From: Candidatus Atabeyarchaeum deiterrae
GTDB taxonomy: Archaea; Asgardarchaeota; Atabeyarchaeia; Atabeyarchaeales; Atabeyarchaeaceae
Direction: 5' to 3'
DNA length: 64,000 bases
Assembly (NCBI GenBank): GCA_037310415.1
Contig: CP147780.1
Span: forward strand, 1,856,001-1,920,000
Position 1 is the first letter of the stretch, and each line of letters begins with the position of its first letter. The notes beneath the pieces were generated by a model. It saw nothing but the letters and a program-made list of their open reading frames with translations. It did no database searches and was not told where the DNA came from. The translations under genes were made by a program, and so were the position numbers. Shown here piece by piece: positions 48,502 through 57,869 of this stretch.

Positions 48502-49344
48502 ATGGGTGAAACGAGTCAGAAAGAGAGAATTCTCTCCAGACTCAGCGAAGGGCGTTTGCTTCAACTGGCAAGACTCGTCTCACAGACGCCAATTCACGCT
48601 GCCACAAGCAAAGAAGAGCTAATCAATATGATTAAGGGGTCTCTCAGCATCGAAGAAATCAAAGATCAGATAAACTGGATTGAAAATGCTCCCCAATCTC
48701 TCGTTGCCCCAAAGGGATTTGGAAATGAGCTTATAATCGGTGGCATAGGACAAGTATTCCTCATAGTTTCCACCTTAGTTTTCAATCTGGGATATTACGC
48801 CTCATCTTACCAATCGGGGTCCTTGACCCCAACTCAGGGGATTGAATTACTGGGTTTCTGGGGTATTGTGGGCTCAGTCTTTCTCATCACTTTCGCCATA
48901 TTGTTCTTGGCATCGATGTTAGTCGGGCGCTGGATATTTTCTGGCAACCGTGTAGGATTAGCCAGCGGTGTAGTGGCCTTCGTTGCCTCCATGATCAACA
49001 TGTCATTCTATGTTCTCACATTCTTTGGGATGACTTACCTTCCTTCGTACTACATCCCAGGTTCATACAGCTTGCTCGGTCTAGTCATGGTGTTCCTTGT
49101 CAGCATCTTTCGAGGACTTGCATTCGTCGCTGTCGGCGCGTTCTTCCTAGTAAACTATAAACGTTTTCCAAATGGCGGACTTTGGATGGGTACAGGTATC
49201 CTGTACATGATTGCAGCAAGCAATGAACTCAGTTTCCAAGCAATAATATACTCGTATTATCCGATCGGTTTCATCTCGTTCATGCCCATGGCCATTGGAG
49301 CATTGGGTGCAAGTTGTCTCTTTACGTCTAAGTCTGGAAGATAG
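48502..49344 (+). CDS. membrane protein (about 6 TM) with small N-terminal helical domain
   Basis: N-terminal LS.LS...L.QLAR...SKEELI..I, then hydrophobic segments; TTAAATA box and SD. Confidence 0.7.
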   Translation: MGETSQKERILSRLSEGRLLQLARLVSQTPIHAATSKEELINMIKGSLSIEEIKDQINWIENAPQSLVAPKGFGNELIIGGIGQVFLIVSTLVFNLGYYASSYQSGSLTPTQGIELLGFWGIVGSVFLITFAILFLASMLVGRWIFSGNRVGLASGVVAFVASMINMSFYVLTFFGMTYLPSYYIPGSYSLLGLVMVFLVSIFRGLAFVAVGAFFLVNYKRFPNGGLWMGTGILYMIAASNELSFQAIIYSYYPIGFISFMPMAIGALGASCLFTSKSGR

Positions 49345-49491
49345 AATGCAAAGCGCGGTACGGACAGCGGCAATAGCCGTCTGAACATGGGAGGATACGG
49401 TGCACACCTTTTCTAGCCTACTTTCTGTGACAACATCTGTTCAAGGATAGATGGTCATGTTTTAAGGGATACGTCGCATCTACGTATTCTG

Positions 49492-50427
49492 ATGAGGCTG
49501 ATGGCGGAATACAGGATCGGGGCGGGTGGCTGGTCATATTTTCTGGTACCAGGCATGGATCCGCTCTCCACCTATTCAAAAGCGTTCAATTTCGTCGAAG
49601 TGAACTCCACCTTCTACGAGACGCCCCCACTCGACCAAGTCTCTCAGTGGCGCAGGAAGGTCTCTAAGGACTTTGAGTTCTCCGTCAGAAGTCACAAAGA
49701 TCTGACCCACAAGTACAAGCTCGAGCCAGTGAAGCAGGCCCATGAAACGCTCTCGAAATCGATCCAGATATGCAACGTCCTTCAGGCGCAGATTCTTCAT
49801 GTGGAAACGCCACCAAGCCTCGTGATAACCAAACGAAAAGCGGCAGCCGCAAAAGATCTCTTAAGCTCATCTAACCTGAAAAGAACAAGGGTCGCTTGGG
49901 AAATAAGGGGAATGAAAGAGGAAAAGCAGCTTCCAGATTACCTGGTCAAAACAATGCAGGACCTGAATACTATTCACTGCGTTGACATTTCAAGGAGGGA
50001 CCCTGCGTTTGACACAGACATCATCTACACGAGACTCTTCGGCAAAGGCACACATAACATCTACCAATTTGACGACAAAGAACTCAAACAGATCCATGAG
50101 AAAACCAAGAAGACAAATGAGAAGAAGGTTGTGTTAGCCTTCCACGGCTTGAAAATGTACCTTGATGCCGCGAGATTCAAAACATACAACGAAACTCTCA
50201 GCTTCCCGCCCGTAACGAAATCTGTAGGACTCTCTTCCCTCGAGCAAGTCCTGAAAGAGGACGCGCGTTTTCCTGCGACAAGGGAAGAACTCATTAAACA
50301 TCAAGGATGGAAAGTATTTGACTTCACTCCATCAGAGAGAATCCACGCTTCAGAGGTCCTTCAAAAACTGCCCAGCCGAGTATATGAAAACATAGATGAA
50401 GTCGTGAAGACACTCGACCAGATGTAA
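49492..50427 (+). CDS. DUF72-family protein with C-terminal DUF2795-like domain
   Basis: IG.GGW.Y, EVNSTFY, Y.RL.G; tail FPATREELI...L..LP...Y.N..EV. Confidence 0.85.
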   Translation: MRLMAEYRIGAGGWSYFLVPGMDPLSTYSKAFNFVEVNSTFYETPPLDQVSQWRRKVSKDFEFSVRSHKDLTHKYKLEPVKQAHETLSKSIQICNVLQAQILHVETPPSLVITKRKAAAAKDLLSSSNLKRTRVAWEIRGMKEEKQLPDYLVKTMQDLNTIHCVDISRRDPAFDTDIIYTRLFGKGTHNIYQFDDKELKQIHEKTKKTNEKKVVLAFHGLKMYLDAARFKTYNETLSFPPVTKSVGLSSLEQVLKEDARFPATREELIKHQGWKVFDFTPSERIHASEVLQKLPSRVYENIDEVVKTLDQM

Positions 50428-50428
50428 T

Positions 50429-50764
50429 TCACGATTTCTCCTTTCTCTCCACTACTATCCTGTAATGCGCCGCCATTGCAGCGATAACTCCGAGAGCAGC
50501 CATCCAAGGAAGCAGAAAAGCTCCGATCACACCGATAGTCACAGGTATCTCTAACACATTCTGCCCTTTGTCATTCTTGACGATAATCCTCCGTACGTTT
50601 CCCTCGTTTATCAGCTTCTTGACGGTAGAGGCCAAGTTGTCCGAGGAGACCGAGATCTCCTCCTGCGAGCGACTCTGTAAGTGCGCTCCACAATTCGGGC
50701 AGTAAATCATGTAAGTTTCCACATTCTTCCCACAATCTGGACATTTCGACATGACAATTGACAT
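50429..50764 (-). CDS. zinc-ribbon + DUF4342 protein
   Basis: CPDCG..YCPNCG; VK.LI.EGNVRRI.VK...LEIPV..G. Confidence 0.85.
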   Translation of the reverse strand: MSIVMSKCPDCGKNVETYMIYCPNCGAHLQSRSQEEISVSSDNLASTVKKLINEGNVRRIIVKNDKGQNVLEIPVTIGVIGAFLLPWMAALGVIAAMAAHYRIVVERKEKS

Positions 50765-50847
50765 CTCACTGGTTGCTTTTTCCTAATGCACGAGATAGTG
50801 CAAACTCATGAGACGATAGTTGGATGTTATTTCGAGTAGTCTACCTA

Positions 50848-51243
50848 TCATCCTCTTGACCCAGTACCGCCGAGTCTTTCTCTGAGGGATCGAAGCGCCC
50901 TTCGCAATGAGAAACCTTCTTCCTTTTCCTCCTCTCTTTTGATTCTCCTTTTCTTCGTGGCTTTGACTTCTGCCTCCTCGAGTCCCCGCATGAGAGCCTT
51001 TCTTCTAGCCTCTGGGTCACGGGTGTCAACCTTGCCGTAGCTTGGGTCCCAACCCTTCACTTTATCCAACCGATTCACGTTCAGCTCCTCAATGGTCTTG
51101 GTTAAGTCAAAGATAATCTGCCTGTCAGTTTCATCTCTGGAAGCGGCGTTCCTCAAGACATACCTTAGGTCATCTATGACCCTCTCAATATCGTCGTCCG
51201 TCAATGGCAACTCGGTTTTGACCGCCTTCTTCCTTGCCGTCAA
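50848..51243 (-). CDS. hypothetical charged protein
   Basis: Protein-like composition; GGGGTG SD before TTG. Confidence 0.55.
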   Translation of the reverse strand: MTARKKAVKTELPLTDDDIERVIDDLRYVLRNAASRDETDRQIIFDLTKTIEELNVNRLDKVKGWDPSYGKVDTRDPEARRKALMRGLEEAEVKATKKRRIKREEEKEEGFSLRRALRSLRERLGGTGSRG

Positions 51244-51757
51244 TGGTGAAAAGCACCCCTATTTCGATATCATGTCCATCTTGGCTAGTCGTGACTTGGA
51301 TGCTGGTCCTCTTCCTCACATTGGCCTGGCAAGCAGACATAAACCCGCACAGGCGCTGGGCAGATGGGCGTTCATTCGGATTGGGCAGATAGATTTTGAC
51401 TTACCCCACGTGATCATGAATCTGGGTAGTCGGAGCCGTGCTTCATGAACTGCATGGCAATATGGCTCCAAGATTAGGTTATCAGTTATTCTGATAAATC
51501 TATCTGTGAAGTCAACAGCTCAGATGAGATGATGACGTGACAAAGAACTTGTCTTGGCCGTCTCAACCTGCAAAAGAAAACAAACATCCTCTTCAAATAA
51601 CGGTCCCCTTTATGAGCGCTCCAGTTTCTGCACACTCACCTAGTTGTGCCGTGGGAAATGCTTAAGTAGACGCTCCATTCCACCCAGTGAGCCAGCTAAA
51701 CATTTATACGATATTTTGAGCGTTATTATCGAAGAGCGGAATAAAGGAGGTTGCGGC

Positions 51758-52030
51758 ATGTTCGGGTATAAGAAACCCTGCCGTTACTGTGATGCACTTA
51801 TACCACCTGAATCGAACGTATGCCCTGCATGTGGCAAGGTAAATCCAATCGGGCCACTAAGATGCCCCAAATGTCGAAACCCAATCGAGAAGGGGTGGAA
51901 GGCATGCAGCAAGTGTGGCTTGTCGCTAGAAGCGAAATGCCCAAAATGCCACAAGACAACGTTCTTCGGGGACTACTGCGAGCATTGCGGAGCTCCCCTA
52001 GCAGGTGTTCTTGAGAAGTCAAAGAAGTAG
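51758..52030 (+). CDS. multi zinc-ribbon protein
   Basis: Six CxxC knuckles; GGAGG SD before ATG 51758. Confidence 0.85.
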   Translation: MFGYKKPCRYCDALIPPESNVCPACGKVNPIGPLRCPKCRNPIEKGWKACSKCGLSLEAKCPKCHKTTFFGDYCEHCGAPLAGVLEKSKK

Positions 52031-52098
52031 CAGTTACCGAGTGAGAGATGCCAAACTCTATCCGAACAATCAAATAGGGAGGAGGGGAGAAGACAAGA

Positions 52099-52764
52099 AT
52101 GACGCTAAAACCATTCACGAAAAACTTCGCGGATAATAGCACCGAAGCGGGATTTCAGTTCACCTTCTTCTGCGACCTTTGTGGCGATGGATTCAAAACA
52201 TCCTTCCAGGCATCAAAGACCTACAAGAAAGGAGGACTACTAAGAGGACTAGGAAAAGCAGTCTCAGTGGGCGCATCCCTCGCTGGCAAGAGCCAAGCTG
52301 GATGGGCAGCGCAAAGTGGAACCGACATAATAGGCGAGAGATTCTCAGGAATGTCTCCCCAGTGGCACAAGGAACATGAAGCGGCATTTACATCAGCTCA
52401 AAGCGAAGCCCAAGGACATTTCCACAGATGCGCAAAATGCAAGAAATATGTATGCGACAACGACTGGAATGAAGAAGAAGGACTTTGCGTCAACGATGCC
52501 CCCCGCGAGGCCGTTGAGGTCTCAGCTGCCAGAGCAGCCAAGAGAGTTGAAGACATACAAGAGAAGGCAAAGACCACAACTGTCTTCAAGGGAGAAATCA
52601 CTGGCAGGCAGACGACTTGCCCCAAATGCGGCAAACCAGCAGGAACTGGCAAATTCTGCAACAATTGCGGCGCACCATTAGGTCTAGTAGTATGTCCAAA
52701 ATGCGGAGCGCAGAACCAAGCAGGAACGAGATTCTGCGGCGAATGCGGCACGAAACTTGCCTAG
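52099..52764 (+). CDS. zinc-ribbon domain protein (double zinc ribbon C-terminus)
   Basis: GFQF.F.CD.CG, C.KC.KYVC..DWN, four terminal CxxCG. Confidence 0.85.
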   Translation: MTLKPFTKNFADNSTEAGFQFTFFCDLCGDGFKTSFQASKTYKKGGLLRGLGKAVSVGASLAGKSQAGWAAQSGTDIIGERFSGMSPQWHKEHEAAFTSAQSEAQGHFHRCAKCKKYVCDNDWNEEEGLCVNDAPREAVEVSAARAAKRVEDIQEKAKTTTVFKGEITGRQTTCPKCGKPAGTGKFCNNCGAPLGLVVCPKCGAQNQAGTRFCGECGTKLA

Positions 52765-52815
52765 AAAACCTCGTCGACTCAATAGTTATGTCGACGTCTC
52801 CTTTTTCCTCTTTTT

Positions 52816-52986
52816 TCACCTCAAAATGATTCCGGCAATTAGAAGAACAATGAACAAGGTGAATTCGACGATAACTCTCGGATGAGTGACTGATATATTC
52901 AACTTCCGCAGGTTCGACAAAGTGTAAACGAGAAACGCAAGTGGCAAGAGAGCGATTAGAAGGAGAATGTTGCCGAGCGCAAACAT
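52816..52986 (-). CDS. small 2-TM protein
   Basis: Two hydrophobic helices around HPR..VE. Confidence 0.55.
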   Translation of the reverse strand: MFALGNILLLIALLPLAFLVYTLSNLRKLNISVTHPRVIVEFTLFIVLLIAGIILR

Positions 52987-53276
52987 ACCATCCAAGTTAT
53001 CCTCTCTCCTTGCCTTCTTCGCTGTCGCGCACACGTTTAATCAACTTCTCAGTTCCGCTGATATTTGAGCTTTGGCATCGCGCGATGTGATTAGACAGGT
53101 CTTGTTTTCTCCCCCTTACCAGCGACCCTGCAACATTCGCCACTTCATCCATCAGCCTGATTCTCATGGAGTTCTGCTACCAAGCGTACCTACCTGTCAA
53201 CAATACTTGGTAAGCCGATGCCATCGATCATGGTTCAACCATTTTGACTGTCAGTCCCCCGCCCTATTCGTTTCAA

Positions 53277-53347
53277 TCTGCTAGTGACCAAAGTTACCGA
53301 CTTCACAAGGAAAATCTTAAATACACCCTGTTCTAACCTTATAACGG
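53277..53347 (+). repeat. 71-bp promoter-containing direct repeat, copy 1
   Basis: 65/71 identical to 57401-57471; contains AGGAAAAT-CTTAAATA (BRE/TATA). Confidence 0.9.
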
Positions 53348-53354
53348 TGATATT

Positions 53355-54584
53355 ATGGTAGCTGTAAAGAGTAGCGTAAATTGGGGCTCCATGGAAGGGG
53401 CTCCTAAGTGGTATGGAAAAGGAACCCCCTACACAAAGCTTAATTTTCCATTTTCAGAGGAAGAGGAACTAGAGCTAGACAGATACTGCGAAAAGATCAA
53501 GGAGAACATCTCAAAAGACAAAATGACTCCTTGGGAAAGATGGAACGCCACAATAAAAGGCGAAGAAGTTGACACGATTAACGTACACTTACATCCCGAG
53601 ACAACATATTCAATCAAAGTGCTTGACGGCTACGCTAACGCCATTAAGCCAATAGACTCTTTCCGAAACCCGAAACTGTTTCTGAAGGCGCATCTAGCAA
53701 CCGCTGCAAGATTTGCTCCCCACAACCTACAGGTCTATTCATATAGTTATGGCGAAGCGGAATGGGGTGGCAAGGCTAAGCTACTGGACCTCGCTCATCC
53801 AGTAATGGTCGAACCCAGCGTAAAAACCATGGACGACGTCGACAGGCTAGTAGTCCCAGATCCGAAGAAAGATGGGACATATCCAGGTATGCTATGGGCT
53901 ATAAAAAAGATGAAGGAACTATTCAAGAAGAATGGACTCGCTGGCATCGTACCGATTTTGCCATCTTGTTGCACACCGGCCGAATGGATCATTCCAGAAT
54001 GCGTAAGAGGACTCAAGTTGGGCTTCCTTGACGCGATAAAGAACCCTGATATGTGGCACGCAATGATGAAGAAGACAACTGAGTTTGAAATCAGATTTGC
54101 TCAGGCACTATGGGAAGCCGGTGGGGACTACGTCTGGTGTTGCCAACACCATTCAGCATGGCCTCCAGATATTTTCAAGGAACGCATTGCGCCCTACTGC
54201 GCTGAGCTAGCTAAACGTGGTCCACTCGACTCTTGGTATTACGCTGCCAATCAGGAAACCCATGTGCAAATCATGGCTGACGCGGGCGGTTATGACCCCT
54301 GCAAATATCTCTTCTTCACAACGGACACGCCAGTAGAATTTGCAAGACAATTCACAAAGAGTATTGACAAGGCATATGTATGCTGCGAACCTGACAAAGC
54401 GCTTCTAACGGACTTACCGACGCTGGAAGCAACCGTCAAGGAGCACATCAAAATTGGAACTTCAATTCCAGGGGTGGGATTCGCAATGGCAGCCGGTGCA
54501 ATAGACTACTGGACGCCCCCCCAGAACGTCGATGCATTCGTCAAATACGTAAAGGAGTACGGGAAGTCTCCCACAAAGCCGTGA
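53355..54584 (+). CDS. uroporphyrinogen-decarboxylase-fold (MtaA/CmuA-like) corrinoid methyltransferase
   Basis: MT..ER....I.G...D, EAE.G, PDP.KDG..P, TP.QNVDAFV..VKEYG; adjacent corrinoid protein. Confidence 0.8.
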   Translation: MVAVKSSVNWGSMEGAPKWYGKGTPYTKLNFPFSEEEELELDRYCEKIKENISKDKMTPWERWNATIKGEEVDTINVHLHPETTYSIKVLDGYANAIKPIDSFRNPKLFLKAHLATAARFAPHNLQVYSYSYGEAEWGGKAKLLDLAHPVMVEPSVKTMDDVDRLVVPDPKKDGTYPGMLWAIKKMKELFKKNGLAGIVPILPSCCTPAEWIIPECVRGLKLGFLDAIKNPDMWHAMMKKTTEFEIRFAQALWEAGGDYVWCCQHHSAWPPDIFKERIAPYCAELAKRGPLDSWYYAANQETHVQIMADAGGYDPCKYLFFTTDTPVEFARQFTKSIDKAYVCCEPDKALLTDLPTLEATVKEHIKIGTSIPGVGFAMAAGAIDYWTPPQNVDAFVKYVKEYGKSPTKP

Positions 54585-54620
54585 AACCACGCGCATGTAT
54601 TGTATTGAGGTGTGTATAAA

Positions 54621-55280
54621 ATGGCACAAGCACTTCTCGAACAGATCAAACAAGGAATCCTCGATGAAAACGAAGAACTAGTGAAAGAGTCGGTAAAGAA
54701 AGCCTTGGCTGCGAAGGTTTCGGCCTACGACATACTCATGAAAGGATTACAACCCGCCTTGATCGCATCAGGTGCAAAGTACGAGAAAAACCAATTCTTC
54801 CTCACTGACCTAATGATGGTAGGCGACATAACAACAGCTGTGATGGAAGTTCTAACGCCTCTCCTAAAAGCGCAGAAAGCCAAGAGCGCTGGGAAGGTGG
54901 TAATCGGCACAGTCGAGGGAGACGTTCATAACATCGGCAAAAGCATCGTGAGTTCGGTGCTTACTGGCGCTGGATATGAGGTTTATGACATCGGTGAGGA
55001 TCAACCGGCCAAGAACTTCGTCAGCAAGACTCAAGAGCTGAAAGCGGACATTGTGGGCGCTTCAGCGATCCTCGGCGGCGCGAAATTCCACGTTGGAGAA
55101 ATCAATGAGGAGCTCAAAAAGGCTGGAATCAGAGACAAAGTAGGGCTAATCTGCGGAGGCTGGGGATTCACAGAGAATGTAGCGAAAGGTTTCGGGGCTG
55201 ATCACTGTGGCGACGACGCTTGGGACGCTCTAAGAAAAACCGATGAGCTTATGAAAAAGCTGGGAAAGAAGGCCAAATAA
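54621..55280 (+). CDS. cobalamin-binding corrinoid protein (MtaC/MtbC-like)
   Basis: Cap domain plus GTVEGDVHNIGK (DxHxxG), SA, CGG. Confidence 0.93.
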   Translation: MAQALLEQIKQGILDENEELVKESVKKALAAKVSAYDILMKGLQPALIASGAKYEKNQFFLTDLMMVGDITTAVMEVLTPLLKAQKAKSAGKVVIGTVEGDVHNIGKSIVSSVLTGAGYEVYDIGEDQPAKNFVSKTQELKADIVGASAILGGAKFHVGEINEELKKAGIRDKVGLICGGWGFTENVAKGFGADHCGDDAWDALRKTDELMKKLGKKAK

Positions 55281-55489
55281 CCCTAGCTTCCAACTTTTGT
55301 TTTTGCCATAATAATCGACTACTAGGCCACTTTAGGAAGTCATTCGCTGCGCACAGTTACCCAGGTGCGTAATGGTATCACAGATAAACATCACTCTGGA
55401 AGAACTCATCTACTAAGACAAACAGCCTCTAACCGGAGGATCATGCCTCAACTGAGAAGTCAAAGCATCTGCAAAATGAGGGAAATCAA

Positions 55490-55795
55490 ATGGATGTCTA
55501 TAGGTGTGTGAAGTGTGGAAACACTTATCCTACTAGGGAACAGGCACATCTTTGCGAAAACAGTCCCATCTCTCCATTCAAGTATGAAATCGGTGACACA
55601 GTCATAAGTGGATTTCAATCCCACATAACGAATAAGAAAATCACGTTGAATGGCAAAGTAGAGGAGAGATGGATACAAGGTCTCTCGAAGAAGGGAGAGT
55701 CCCCACACAGAAACATGTACAAACTACGAGTTGTCAGCAGTGAAAAAGGGCTTATTGCCATACGCTACGAGGAGCAAATAATCGGAAAGGCCTGA
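55490..55795 (+). CDS. hypothetical: N-terminal zinc finger + SH3-like barrel
   Basis: Y.C.KCG..Y.T...A..CE, then KY.IGD.V; GAGGG SD. Confidence 0.6.
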   Translation: MDVYRCVKCGNTYPTREQAHLCENSPISPFKYEIGDTVISGFQSHITNKKITLNGKVEERWIQGLSKKGESPHRNMYKLRVVSSEKGLIAIRYEEQIIGKA

Positions 55796-55906
55796 AATAG
55801 TCCAATGGATGAGGTCTTAGGTCTTCAGCTCTTCGATGCAATCAAGATGAGAATGGCTCTTAGAAAACATGGTCAGAAGAAATCAACCTTAACTGAGGCG
55901 AAAGAT

Positions 55907-56314
55907 TTGGTCAGAGTAAACGACTATGAAGTTCGCGAAGGATTATATTACTCCGAAGATTACCTGTGGCTGCGCATCGAGGACGCATCAGTAAGAATAG
56001 GAATAATCGACTACGCGCAGAAACAACTGCATGAAATCGTTTACGTTGAGCTTCTCAGCGCAGGTGACACAATCAAACAAAATACGCCGTTAGGAACCGT
56101 GGAATCAGCAAAATCTGTCACTGATTTGGTTGCCCCCGTAAGCGGCACTATCGAGCAGATCAACGAAGAGGTGGTTGACAGGCCAGAGCTTATCAATGAT
56201 GATCCATATGGCAAGGGATGGCTTGTGATTGTTTCTCCAACCAACCTTGATGAGGAATTGAAGCGACTCATGCCTGACAAAAGGGCCGTGGAGTGGCATA
56301 AGAAGCTCACCTAA
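55907..56314 (+). CDS. gcvH: glycine cleavage system H protein
   Basis: RIGI.DYAQ.QL.EIVYVEL, VESAK (lipoyl Lys), APVSG, IN.DPYG.GW; track start is 55805. Confidence 0.88.
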   Translation: MVRVNDYEVREGLYYSEDYLWLRIEDASVRIGIIDYAQKQLHEIVYVELLSAGDTIKQNTPLGTVESAKSVTDLVAPVSGTIEQINEEVVDRPELINDDPYGKGWLVIVSPTNLDEELKRLMPDKRAVEWHKKLT

Positions 56315-56375
56315 CGGGGGCCAATCACTTACCCAATCAACCGTTCTGGACAGAATTACTGGAGGTTGACACTAA

Positions 56376-57299
56376 TTGTTCAGATTTGAGAAAGAACAGC
56401 AAGTACTCGACATTGCGGGGGTCAAGGTAGGCGGTCAGCCAGGTGAATATCCAACGGTTCTCGTCGGAAGCATATTCTATGACAGACACAAAATAGTCAG
56501 CAATGAAGCGAAAGGTGAGTTTGACAAGAAACAGGCTGAACTGCTAATCAACAAAGTCAAAGAGATGTCTGAAAAAACCAAGAACCCGTTCTTCCTTGAC
56601 GTCGTCGCTAACACACCTGAAGCGCTAATTAAATATGTTGATTATATTTCTAGCGCAACAGACTGTCCATTCTTCATCGATGGCCCATCACCGAAAGTCA
56701 GGATACCAGCGACAAAACATGCCATGGAAATTGGGCTACGAGAAAGAGCGATTTACAACTCGATCGACTACCTCGTTACAGATGAGGAAGCAAAGGCTCT
56801 ACGGAATCTCAACGTAAAAAACGCCGTCGTAATGGCGTTTACCCCCAAGAAACCTCTAACCGAGGGGAGAGTAGATATTCTAAGGGGATACCCTGGGCAG
56901 AAAGGATTGCTGAGGTTCGCTGAGGAAGCAGGAGTCAAAAACACGCTTGTCGATACAGCTGTCACCGATGTTCCAGGCATAGGCATAGCCGCCAAAGCAA
57001 TTCATCTCGTCAAGAAAGAGTTTGGGTTGCCAACTGGATGTGGACCAGCGAATGCCGTGACCCAATGGAAAAGATTGAAAAAAGGTGAGTTCGGACAACA
57101 AGGATACAACGTCTGTTCTGGTGGCTCAGGAATAGTCACCCAAATGATGGGCGCCAACTTCGTTCTATTCGGTCCAATTGAGCTTTCTGAATCAGCGTTC
57201 ATAGCATGTGCCATGACAGATGCCATTACAGCTTACACGGCGAAAAGGATGGGAACGACCATAAAGGCAACGGATCACCCACTCTACAATATCTTCTAG
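56376..57299 (+). CDS. mtrH: MtrH-like methyl-corrinoid:pterin methyltransferase
   Basis: FRFEKEQ...GGQPGEYPTVL.GSIFY..H, IYNSI, LVD.AV, GLP.GCG..N, GANF.L.GPIE, HPL. Confidence 0.88.
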   Translation: MFRFEKEQQVLDIAGVKVGGQPGEYPTVLVGSIFYDRHKIVSNEAKGEFDKKQAELLINKVKEMSEKTKNPFFLDVVANTPEALIKYVDYISSATDCPFFIDGPSPKVRIPATKHAMEIGLRERAIYNSIDYLVTDEEAKALRNLNVKNAVVMAFTPKKPLTEGRVDILRGYPGQKGLLRFAEEAGVKNTLVDTAVTDVPGIGIAAKAIHLVKKEFGLPTGCGPANAVTQWKRLKKGEFGQQGYNVCSGGSGIVTQMMGANFVLFGPIELSESAFIACAMTDAITAYTAKRMGTTIKATDHPLYNIF

Positions 57300-57400
57300 G
57301 CGCCCCCGCAGATTATCTTCGTTGATAAGGTATCGTATCGTTCCGATTACAGATGAACTCTTTTGGTCATCAAAGCTTCCCAGCTGCATATGCGTGCCAG

Positions 57401-57471
57401 TCTGCTGGTGACCAAGGTTAGCGACGACACAAGGAAAATCTTAAATATACCCTGTTCTAACCTTATAACGG
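57401..57471 (+). repeat. 71-bp promoter-containing direct repeat, copy 2
   Basis: 65/71 identical to 53277-53347. Confidence 0.9.
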
Positions 57472-57509
57472 CTACATATTGATGAATTCAATAAAAGTGG
57501 ATTAGAGGG

Positions 57510-57869
57510 ATGTGTATGTCTCAAAAGAAAGAAAAAGTGGCAGATGAAGTCATGAAGACCGTTCAGCAAAGGCTCAACGAAAGCAAGGACGCGACGAAAG
57601 GCTGGGGTAAGATGGTTCAACAGATTTTCAGTGATATCGGCATCGGATATCGCCTGAAATTCGCCAAGGATGGAACAGTGACAATGGAAAAAGTGAAGGC
57701 GTCAGAAATAAGGACAAAAGACGCAGCAGCAACGGTCACCGTCGATGTGGACACGATGAAGGACTTGATTGACGGGAAGCTACCACCAATGGAAGCAATG
57801 GGAACCGGAAAAATCAAGGTCGACGGGGATATGACTGCGCTATTGAAACTGTTACCAGCGTTTGGATGA
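57510..57869 (+). CDS. SCP2 (sterol carrier protein 2) domain protein
   Basis: A.ATV......L..GKL.P.EA..TGKIKV.GD...L.KL. Confidence 0.88.
   Translation: MCMSQKKEKVADEVMKTVQQRLNESKDATKGWGKMVQQIFSDIGIGYRLKFAKDGTVTMEKVKASEIRTKDAAATVTVDVDTMKDLIDGKLPPMEAMGTGKIKVDGDMTALLKLLPAFG

Noticed and set aside
53355-57299. Pyrrolysine methylamine methyltransferase or complete Mtr complex (methanogenesis)
   Set aside because: No MttB/MtbB/MtmB-like gene, no in-frame TAG, and no mtrA-G or mcr genes in the window
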